DNA from: an uncultured Chloroflexia bacterium
Lineage (GTDB): Bacteria > Chloroflexota > Limnocylindria > Limnocylindrales > CSP1-4
Assembly: GCA_963763775.1 (NCBI GenBank)
Contig: CAVXPZ010000004.1
Span: 192,001-256,000 of the forward strand
Direction of reading: 5' to 3'
Length of the DNA: 64,000 nt
A program made the translations under genes and the position numbers. The notes below the pieces were generated by a model. The model did not search any database. It was not told the DNA's origin and saw nothing but the letters and a program-made list of their open reading frames with translations. Shown here piece after piece: positions 41,043 through 49,176 of the stretch; the first letter of the stretch is position 1, and every line of letters starts with the position of its first letter.

Positions 41043-41723
41043 CTAGATGGCCCGGTCGACGTCGTCGAGCCAGCGGCGAGCCATGTTCTCGCTGACCTCC
41101 TCGAAGTGGCGCTGGAGCGCGTCCACCACGGCGGCCGCGTCGCGACGTTCGATCGCGGCCTGGATCGGGCCGTGGAGGTCGGCCGACCACGTCGGGTCCG
41201 CCCCGGGGACGACGAGCGTGATGTAGGTCCGCGAGAACGGCTCGAGCGACCGCCAGACGCGGAGCAGGGCGCCGTTGTCGGCCAGCTCCACGATCCGCCC
41301 GTGGAACCGGGCGTCGGCCTCGGCGACGGCATGGCCGTCATCGACTCGGGCGGCGGCGCGCATGGCCTCGAGATGGCCCGCGAGTTCGGCGATATCCGCA
41401 TCGGTCAGCCGGGGCACCGCCAGTCGGGCGCCGAGCGCTTCGAGCGAGGAGCGCACCGCGTACGCCTCGATGATCTCGCGCCGCGACGGGTGGCGGACGC
41501 GTGCCCCGCGGAAGGGCGTGATCTCGACGACGCCCAGCGCCTCGAGGCCGCGTAGGGCCTCGCGGACCGGCGCCTGGCTCGTCCCGAGCTCACGGGCCAC
41601 CTGGGTCTCGATGATCCGGGCGTCGGGCGGGTAGTGCCCGCTGAGGATGCCCTCCAGGATCCGGTCCTTCACCTGATCGGCCAGGACGCTCCTCGGGATG
41701 ATCCGCCCGGTGGCCATCGACAC
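41043..41723 (-). CDS. GntR family regulator (FadR/FCD type)
   Basis: 226 aa: LADQV...GTSQAPVREAL, DARFH. Confidence 0.93.
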   Translation of the reverse strand: MSMATGRIIPRSVLADQVKDRILEGILSGHYPPDARIIETQVARELGTSQAPVREALRGLEALGVVEITPFRGARVRHPSRREIIEAYAVRSSLEALGARLAVPRLTDADIAELAGHLEAMRAAARVDDGHAVAEADARFHGRIVELADNGALLRVWRSLEPFSRTYITLVVPGADPTWSADLHGPIQAAIERRDAAAVVDALQRHFEEVSENMARRWLDDVDRAI

Positions 41724-41729
41724 GGCCGC

Positions 41730-43515
41730 TCAGCGTCCGATCGCGGACGTCGGCGAGCCGGCGGGTCGAGCGGACTCGTCGCGGATGATCTCGACGCGCC
41801 CGGCAGTCCCGTCGAGCCGGAGACGGTCCCCGGTCACGATCCGCTGCGTCGCGACCGACGTGCCGATGACCGCGGGGATCCCGAACTCGCGGGCGAGGAC
41901 AGCCGGGTGCGAGGTGGTACCGCCGGTATCGGTGACGAGTCCGGCGATCTTCGTGAAGAGCACGACCCACGCCGGGTTCGTCATCTGGCAGACGAGGATG
42001 TCTCCCTCGCGGACGTCGTCGAACTCGTCGACGGTCCGCACGACCCGCGCGATCCCCTCGACCGTGCCCGCGGACCCGCCGATCCCGGTGATGACCCGCT
42101 GGTCCTCGGATTGCCGCTGGTAGAACCGGTCCGGATACCCCCAGTTCACGAGATACGGGAACGCGAGCTGCGAGGACGTCACGGTGCCCACCCAGTCGCG
42201 CGGGTGCAGCCGTTGGGCCGCCTCGCGCTCCTCGCGGCGCGCGGCGACGATCCCGCGGGCGTCGATCGCGGTCGGGCTCCCGATGAGGGCTCGCAGCTCG
42301 TTGTAGCGGAGGAACATCACGTCGTCGGGCTGGTCGAGCACGTCCGGCCGCGACCAGTTTGTCGCCGACGGTCAGCAGCACCAGGCGCAGGTGCGCGTTG
42401 GCCCCTTGGTCGATGTAGAAGTGATGATCCGGGGTCAGCGGCGCCATCCGGAGGTTGACCTCGTTGGCGGCCCGCATCTCGTCGAGGGCCGTGCCGGACA
42501 GGCCCTCGAGGATCTCCCGTGACGCCGCCTCGATGTCGAGCCGCATCGCCTCGATCGCGCTCGGGTAGTCGTAGTCCGAGACGAGATAGCCGCGGACGAG
42601 CTCGAGGATCGGCTCCATCTGTTCGCGGGCGGTCGGGAAGATGAACTCGTGGCTCCAGACGGCGTGCCAGCCGAACTCGCGCTGGTAGGGCTCGATCCGC
42701 TCGGTGATGAACCGCTGGCCGCGGGCGCTCGCCCGGAGCGACCCGGCGATCCTGTCGACGTCGTCGGGGGCGAACGCCGCGCGGAGCTCCGGGTCGTCGC
42801 CGACCTCGTCCTTCATCCGCCACAGGGCCTCGATCGAGTCCCAGTTGCGATCCGACGCCGAGTTCTGGAGTCGCCCCAGCAAGGCCTCGTCCACCGAGCC
42901 GCGGGTCTTCTCCATGACCGCACGCAGGTTCAATGTCGCCGAGAGCTGCGCGAAGTTGAGCATCCAGTGGATCTTCCAGTGGCGGTCGTGGACGTCGATG
43001 GCGTCCTCCAGGAGGCACGCGGCGTCGGCCAGGTCCATCTCGTCGGCGGCGTCGAGGCGGGCTTCGAGGAACGCGAAGTTGCGCTCCATCTCGGGCCGCA
43101 GCCGGTCGCGCCACCAGTCGGCGAAGTCGCGGCCGTACACCGGGAGCACGGCGTCGAGATAGGCGCCCATCGTGGTCGCGAACGCCGCGTCGCGCGGCAC
43201 GCGCGCCACATAACTGGCGCTGTACTCGGTGCCCTCGATGCGGAGTCCCGGGTCCGCCGGGATGGCCGTCGTGTACACATAGCCGTTGACGTTCTTGGCC
43301 AGCCAGTCCACCGCGAACGGCGTCCCGAAGCGCCGGAACATGTGGTCGCAGCTGAGCCACCAGCCGCCGATGTCGAAGAACATGGGGCTGACGGGATGCG
43401 GGATGTGCAGGTCGTCGTAGACCCAGAAGAAGTCCTTCTCGGCATCGGACGCCCACGTCACCGGGAACGTCGCGTCCCCCAGGAACTGGCCGAGGATCTC
43501 CTCTGTCGCTGCCAC
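41730..43515 (-). CDS. PEP-utilizing enzyme: large substrate-binding domain plus C-terminal phosphohistidine swivel, no ATP-grasp (apparent +1 frameshift near 42342)
   Basis: GGAGG then GTG at 43515. C-terminus GDILVCQMTNPAW...DTGGTTSHPAVLAREFGIPAV...LDGTAG. No GGK or VRSS ATP-grasp motifs. Confidence 0.85.
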
Positions 43516-43576
43516 GGGCCGACCCTCCAAGGTGCCACGGGGTTCGGGTTCCACGGACGTCACGTCCGGCGAGTCA

Positions 43577-43587
43577 TCGATCATCGA
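43577..43587. promoter_or_regulatory. Candidate GntR(FCD) operator TCGAT-C-ATCGA
   Basis: Palindrome (extends to ATCGATCATCGAT) just downstream of a minus-strand CATAAT -10, between the divergent PEP-utilizer and transaldolase genes. Confidence 0.6.
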
Positions 43588-43626
43588 TTATGATAGCCGC
43601 GTCGCGGCGGCGCTCCACGAGGAGGC

Positions 43627-44751
43627 ATGGTGCTCGCTCCAGCCGAGGAAGACCTGATCGACTGCCCGATGCTTCGGACCGTCGTCGATCGCCCGACGGA
43701 CTACTGGAACGACTCGTGCTCGGTCGAGGAGCTCCGCTACGCGGTCGCCCGCGGCGCGACCGGGGCGACGTCGAACCCCAGCATCGTCCTCGAGGTCCTG
43801 CGCAAGGAGCACGCACATTGGGCCGCCCGGATCGCCGAGATGGCGGCCGCCGATCCCGCCTCGACCGAGGTCGACCTCACCTGGGCCGTGATCGAGGAGA
43901 TGGCCGTGCGCGGCGCCGCCGTGCTGGAGCCCGTCTTCGTCCGCGAGGACGGCCGCAAGGGCCGGCTTTCGCTCCAGACCGATCCGGCGAACTACCCGGA
44001 CACCGAGCGGATGCTCCAGCAGGGGCGGCGGTTCGCCACCCTCGCACCGAACATGCAGGTGAAGTTCCCGGCGACGCGGGCCGGGATCGCCGCGATCGAG
44101 GCGGCCACCGCGGCCGGCGTGAACATCAATGCCACGGTGTGCTTCACCGTCCCGCAGGCGATCGCGGTCGCCGAGGCGGTGGAGCGCGGGCTCGATGCGC
44201 TGGCCGCGAACGGCAGCGCGGGCGAGGCCGGCGTGGACGCGACCGCCCTGACGCCCGTGTGCACGATCATGGTCGGGCGTCTCGACGACTGGATGCGCGC
44301 CGTGGCCGAGCGGGACGGGATCGCCGTGCACCCCGACGCCCTGGACTGGGCCGGGATCGCCGCGTTCAAGCGCGCGTACGGGATCTTCCGTGAGCGCGGG
44401 TATCGCACGAGGCTCCTCGCGGCCGCCTACCGGCATCGTCTGCATTGGACCGAGTTCGTCGGCGGGGACGTCGTCCTGACGATGCCGCACGCCTGGCAGG
44501 AGCGGTTCAACGCCAGCGGCATCACACCAGAGGACCGGATGGACGCGCCGGTCGATCCGGGACTCGTCACCGAGTTGCTGGAGCGGATCCCGGACTTCGG
44601 CCGAGCCTATGAGCCGGACGGGATGGCGATCGCCGAGTTCGATGGCTACGGCGCCACGGTGCGGACGCTCCGCGGGTTCATCGGGTCGTATCACGAATTG
44701 GTCGGCGCGGTCCGCGACATCGTGCTGCCCGATCCCGACAAGCGGCGCTGA
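43627..44751 (+). CDS. Transaldolase family protein (atypical active site)
   Basis: 374 aa: WND, GATSNP, QVKFPAT, NINAT, MVGRLDD; GGAGG RBS. Confidence 0.88.
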   Translation: MVLAPAEEDLIDCPMLRTVVDRPTDYWNDSCSVEELRYAVARGATGATSNPSIVLEVLRKEHAHWAARIAEMAAADPASTEVDLTWAVIEEMAVRGAAVLEPVFVREDGRKGRLSLQTDPANYPDTERMLQQGRRFATLAPNMQVKFPATRAGIAAIEAATAAGVNINATVCFTVPQAIAVAEAVERGLDALAANGSAGEAGVDATALTPVCTIMVGRLDDWMRAVAERDGIAVHPDALDWAGIAAFKRAYGIFRERGYRTRLLAAAYRHRLHWTEFVGGDVVLTMPHAWQERFNASGITPEDRMDAPVDPGLVTELLERIPDFGRAYEPDGMAIAEFDGYGATVRTLRGFIGSYHELVGAVRDIVLPDPDKRR

Positions 44752-44758
44752 AGGCCGG

Positions 44759-45557
44759 TCAGTCCGTCGGGCGGCCGGTCTCCGCCCCGGCGATCGTGCG
44801 AGCCACGCGCCGGGCGTGCTCCCGGTAGGCCGCCTCGAACAGCTCCGCCGAACGCGCCGCCCCGACCACCGCGGCGCTCGTCAACACCGGCGGCAGCTTC
44901 CCTTCGGCCTGGAGCAGCGCCGCGGTCTGGACCTTGATCTCGTTCACGATCGCCGCGTTCGCGACCGTCGATCCCGGACCGATCGGCGTGTCGAGCCCGT
45001 CGAGGCGCACGAGCGCATCCCCAGCCGGCGTGCACAGGTCGATCACGATGTCCGCGTGGTCGAGAAGCCTCGTCCCCGTCGGATGATCAGGGGGCCGCGC
45101 CATCGACTGCGCCACCGACGTCACGGCGACGACCGGCAGACCGCGAGCCTTCGCCCCCATGGCCATCTCGATCGGGACCGCGGTCAGCCCGGACGCAGAG
45201 AACACGATCATCACGTCGGCCGGGGCGAACTGGAAGTTGGCGAGGATCGCCTCCGCGAGGCCGCTCGTCCGCTCGATGAACATCGCCTGACGCTGCCCGT
45301 TGGAGCCGGCCACTTGCGTGTGGAAGGTCATCGAGAGCTCGGCGATCGGGTGGAACCCCGGGTACGAGCCGTAGCGCGGGAACATCTCCTCGAGCGGGAT
45401 GCGCGAGTGCCCGGTCCCGAAGAGGTGCACGAGGCCGTCCTGCGGCGATCGCCCGCGCGGCCAGCTCGGCGGTCCGCGCGATGGCCGGCATCTGGGTCGA
45501 CTCGATCCGGTCGAGGACGGCGCGGGCCTCGGTCAACCACGCTCCGGCGATCGACAC
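44759..45557 (-). CDS. SIS domain sugar isomerase-like protein (apparent +1 frameshift near 45442)
   Basis: VHLFGTGHS, VFSASG, PIEMA, DIVIDLCTPAGDA, GPGST. Confidence 0.87.
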
Positions 45558-45596
45558 GCGTCCCTCCCCTGCTGGCCGTGGCCCGGCGCGCGAAGC

Positions 45597-45606
45597 TGTC
45601 TAGACA
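45597..45606. promoter_or_regulatory. GntR/HutC operator TGTCTAGACA, copy 2
   Basis: Perfect palindrome between the divergent SIS and GntR genes. Confidence 0.85.
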
Positions 45607-45631
45607 ACTCTGCCATCCTAGGCGCGCCATC

Positions 45632-46372
45632 ATGACACCGTCAATGTCGACCGACCCGACGCCCCGCTACCAGGAGATCGCCGACTACCTGCGGCGGTTG
45701 ATCTCGGCGTCCCGGCCCGGCGACCGGCTGCCGTCCGAAGCGGAGCTGTGCGAGCGATTCGGCGTGAGCCGCATGACCGTCCGCCAGGCGCTGCAGGTCC
45801 TGGCCAACGAGCACCTGCTGGTCCGCCGCCGCGGCGAGGGGACCTTCGCCGCGCCGCGCGTCGTGGCGCGACTGCTCGGATCGCCGCTCTCGTTCACCGA
45901 GAGCATGCGTCGGCGCGGCCTCCGCGCCTCGTCGAAGATGCTGCACGCGGGCTGGATCGAGCCGAGCGTCGAGGACCGCGCGGCCCTGCATCTGCCCGTC
46001 GGCAGTCGGGCGATCGTCGTCGAGCGGCTGCGACTGGCCGACGACCAGCCGATGGCGATCGAGCGGGTCGTCTCGCCGCCGACCTGCGCCGGCATCCTCG
46101 ATGACGATCTCGAGGGCGGGTCCCTGCACGACGCCTTCGAGCGGCTCGGCCGGATCCCCACCCGGGCGCAGGCTCGCGTCTCGGCGCGCCGGGCGACGGA
46201 CATCGAGCGCCGGCTGCTCGGCCTCGATCCGGACGGCGTCGTGCTGAGCGAGAAGCGCACGATCGACGACCAGGACGGGATCCCGATCGAGCGCACCGAG
46301 ACCCTGTACGCCGCCGAGCGCTACGAGTTCGAGGCGGTCCTCCAGCGCGGCACGGACGCCGAGGTCTCCTGA
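45632..46372 (+). CDS. GntR family regulator, HutC/UTRA type (DasR/NagR-like); start 45632 or 45644
   Basis: PRYQEIADYL, LPSEAELCERFGVSRMTVRQAL, GEGTF, SFTESM, UTRA domain. Confidence 0.93.
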   Translation: MTPSMSTDPTPRYQEIADYLRRLISASRPGDRLPSEAELCERFGVSRMTVRQALQVLANEHLLVRRRGEGTFAAPRVVARLLGSPLSFTESMRRRGLRASSKMLHAGWIEPSVEDRAALHLPVGSRAIVVERLRLADDQPMAIERVVSPPTCAGILDDDLEGGSLHDAFERLGRIPTRAQARVSARRATDIERRLLGLDPDGVVLSEKRTIDDQDGIPIERTETLYAAERYEFEAVLQRGTDAEVS

Positions 46373-46374
46373 CC

Positions 46375-47280
46375 GTGACGCGGCATCTCGGCCTGGATCT
46401 CGGCGGCACGAACATCAAGGTCGCGGTCCTCGAGCGCGAGGCCGACCAGCAGGCGCCGCGCCAGGTGGCCGGCTCGTCCGTGAAGACCCATGCGGAGCGC
46501 GGTCCCGACGGCGTGGCCGCGGCGATCGTCGACGCGGGACTCGCGGCGATCGACGCCCACGGGCCGATCGCCACGATCGGGGTGGGGATCCCCGGCCTGT
46601 TCGACCGTGCGACGGGCCAGATCACCCTCTTCCCGAACTTCCCTGGGCCGTGGACGGGCTACCCGCTCCGCGACCGGCTGACCGACGGCCTCGGGATGCC
46701 GGTGACGTTCATCAACGACGCCCGGGCGCACACGCTCGCGGAGGCGCGGATGGGTGCCGGGCTCGGCGTGTCGACGATCGCGATGCTGACGCTCGGGACG
46801 GGGATCGGCGGCGGCCTCGTCATCGACGGGAAGCTGCACCTCGGCGCCACCGGGACCGGCGGCGAGATCGGGCATCAGACCGTCCATGACGGCGGGCGGC
46901 AGTGCGGCTGCGGCAATCGCGGCTGCGCCGAACCCTATGCGCAGGCCGGGGCGTTGATGGCGGCGGCGGGGCGCACCTCCGTCGAGGCCGTGTTCGAAGG
47001 GGCGGCGGCCGGCGACGAACGATGCCAGGCGGCGATCGACACCGCCGTCGATGCGCTCGGGATCGCGATCGGCAACATCGTCACGGTGCTCGTCCCGGAT
47101 CGTGTCGTCATCGGCGGCGGCATCTCCGAGGCGGGCGAGCGGATCATGGCCCCGTTGCGGGCCGCGGTGGCACGTCGCACGCCGTTCGTGCCGGCCGGCG
47201 GGCTGGACCTGCGGCTCGCCGAACTCGGACCCGGCGCCGGGGCGATCGGGGCCGCGCTCGCGGGGGCCGAGGCGAGCTAG
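46375..47280 (+). CDS. ROK family sugar kinase (glucokinase/N-acetylglucosamine kinase-like)
   Basis: 301 aa, no HTH: GLDLGGT, INDARA, TLGTGIGGG, EIGH, CGCGNRGC. Confidence 0.92.
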   Translation: MTRHLGLDLGGTNIKVAVLEREADQQAPRQVAGSSVKTHAERGPDGVAAAIVDAGLAAIDAHGPIATIGVGIPGLFDRATGQITLFPNFPGPWTGYPLRDRLTDGLGMPVTFINDARAHTLAEARMGAGLGVSTIAMLTLGTGIGGGLVIDGKLHLGATGTGGEIGHQTVHDGGRQCGCGNRGCAEPYAQAGALMAAAGRTSVEAVFEGAAAGDERCQAAIDTAVDALGIAIGNIVTVLVPDRVVIGGGISEAGERIMAPLRAAVARRTPFVPAGGLDLRLAELGPGAGAIGAALAGAEAS

Positions 47281-47323
47281 CAACCTCGCGGGCGCCGCGG
47301 CGCGCCGGCTCGCCCGTCCGGCC

Positions 47324-47489
47324 CTTAGTCACCGGGCGACTGCTATTCCCGGCCCGGGCCGTCGCTGCGCCGGCAGCCGCGCCCTTCCGGTGCCTTCCAT
47401 GCAGCGTGATGCATCGGAGGCGCCGATCCAGCGGCAAGAGAAGCCCCAGTGACGCCCGGTCCCGGCGTAGCAGTCAGGTAGTGACTAGG
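47324..47489. ncRNA. 166-nt rod-like imperfect hairpin (6S-RNA-like ncRNA or MITE/REP-like palindromic element)
   Basis: Nested helices: 47324-32/47481-89, 47338-45/47468-75, 47354-59/47454-59, 47361-67/47447-53, central bubble, 47376-80/47431-35, 47388-95/47418-25, 47399-402/47411-14. Lies between convergent genes. Confidence 0.5.
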
Positions 47490-47539
47490 CGCCACAGATC
47501 GAGCGGACTCGCCCCGGGCCGGCCCACCCTCCACCGACC

Positions 47540-48259
47540 TCAACGAGCCGCGGCGGCCTCGGTGGCGGCCTTGCGGGCCACGAACTCGTCGAGCATCTCG
47601 GCCGTCTTGGTGGCCCCCGACCGATCCGCGCCGGCATCCATGACCTCGATCAGGGCATCGAGGGTGCGAACGCCGCCCGCGGCCTTGACCTTGACCTTCG
47701 GCGAGACGCTCGCACGCATGAGGCGCAGGTCCTCGAGCGTCGCCCCGCTCGGCGCGAACCCGGTGGACGTCTTCACGTAGTCGGCACCGGCCCGCTCGAC
47801 CGCCTGGCATCCGCGCACGATCTCGTCCTTGGTCAGATAGGCGTTCTCGAGGATGACCTTGACGATGGCCCGGCCACCCACGGCGTCGACGACGGCCCGG
47901 ATGTCGGCCTCGACCTCCGCGTCCATCCCGGACCGGAGCCAGCCGATGTTGATCACCATGTCGAGCTCGGTCGCGCCATCCCCGAGCGCGCGGATCGATT
48001 CGAAGACCTTCGTCTGGGTCTTGTGCGCACCGTGCGGGAAGCCGATGACGGTCCCCACCGCGACGTCGGAGTCGGCGAGCAGTCCCGCGCAGAGGACGAC
48101 GTCGGCGGGGCGGGCGCAGACGGAGGCGACGTGATACCGGGCCGCGATCTCGCAGCCTTCCCGGACCTCGTCGAGGGTCAGCTCGGGCCGCAACAGGGAG
48201 TGGTCGATGGTCTTGGCGACCCGCTCATAGGTCAAGTCGTCGATGGTGAGGGTGCTCAT
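47540..48259 (-). CDS. deoC: Deoxyribose-phosphate aldolase (start 48259 or 48268)
   Basis: IDHSLL, TVIGFPHG, ELDMVINIG, VKVILEN, VKTSTGF, VKAAGGVR. Confidence 0.93.
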   Translation of the reverse strand: MSTLTIDDLTYERVAKTIDHSLLRPELTLDEVREGCEIAARYHVASVCARPADVVLCAGLLADSDVAVGTVIGFPHGAHKTQTKVFESIRALGDGATELDMVINIGWLRSGMDAEVEADIRAVVDAVGGRAIVKVILENAYLTKDEIVRGCQAVERAGADYVKTSTGFAPSGATLEDLRLMRASVSPKVKVKAAGGVRTLDALIEVMDAGADRSGATKTAEMLDEFVARKAATEAAAAR

Positions 48260-48289
48260 GGTGCCCATGATGCCAGCCTTGACCAGAGA

Positions 48290-48299
48290 TGTCTAGACA
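48290..48299. promoter_or_regulatory. GntR/HutC operator TGTCTAGACA, copy 3
   Basis: Perfect palindrome about 30 nt upstream of deoC. Confidence 0.82.
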
Positions 48300-48312
48300 A
48301 CTTCCCGCTCAG

Positions 48313-49137
48313 TCAGCCGGGATGGCGGTGGCCCGCCTCGGTCACGCTCCACCCGCCGTCCACCGCGATCCGCTGCCCCGTGATGTGGCGCGCCTCGTCG
48401 GAGAGCAGGAACAGGGCGGCATCGGCCACGGACTCGGCCGGCAGGAAGCCGCCGGCGAGCGGCTGCTTGCCGGCGGCGTAGGCCGCCGTGACGGGATCGG
48501 CCTGGGCCCGCGTCGACATCGGCGTCGCGACGAGCCCGGGGGCCAGCGCATTGACGCGGATCCCGTGCGGCGCGTAGTAGGCGGCCATCGTCCGCGCCAG
48601 CGAGTCCTCCGCCCCCTTGATCGCGGCATAGGCGTGCGTGGCGAACAGGTCGGGGACGGGGTCGCTGGCCAGGACGCTCGTGACGATCACGATCGAGCCG
48701 CCCGCCGCACGGCCGTGGCCGTCGCTCGGCAGGTCGAGCATCGCCCGCACGACCTCGCGGGCCGCCAGGAAGGCGGGGAGGCCGTTCAACGCGAGCGTCT
48801 CGGTCCATCCCGCCATCGTGATCTCGTGCAGCGGGCCGTCACCGAACCGTCGGCCCGAACCGCCGGCGACCGCGAAAAGGCCATCGATCCGGCCATACGT
48901 GGTGCGGGCGCTCGCGACCGCGGCGACGGTGGCGGCTTCGTCACGGAGGTCGGCCGTCGCAGAGGCGGCGCGGCCACCGGACCGTTCGATGCCGCCGACC
49001 AGGTCGGCGCACGCGGCGGCATCCCGGCCGATCACGAAGACCGCGGCGCCCTCGGCCGCGAACCGCCGTGCCCCGGAGGCCGCGATCCCGCTGGCACCGG
49101 TCACGACGACCACGCGATGTGCGAGCCGATCACCCAT
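48313..49137 (-). CDS. SDR family oxidoreductase
   Basis: 274 aa: TGASGIA, YAAIKG, IRVNALAPG, VDGG. Confidence 0.92.
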   Translation of the reverse strand: MGDRLAHRVVVVTGASGIAASGARRFAAEGAAVFVIGRDAAACADLVGGIERSGGRAASATADLRDEAATVAAVASARTTYGRIDGLFAVAGGSGRRFGDGPLHEITMAGWTETLALNGLPAFLAAREVVRAMLDLPSDGHGRAAGGSIVIVTSVLASDPVPDLFATHAYAAIKGAEDSLARTMAAYYAPHGIRVNALAPGLVATPMSTRAQADPVTAAYAAGKQPLAGGFLPAESVADAALFLLSDEARHITGQRIAVDGGWSVTEAGHRHPG

Positions 49138-49176
49138 GGCCCATGTCTACCACACGGCGGCCGGCATCGCCCGCCG

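Noticed and set aside
47370-47400. SRP (4.5S) RNA on the minus strand (CCGGAAGG loop)
   Set aside because: Lacks the conserved CAGG/AGCA internal loop, and the segment pairs instead within the long rod.
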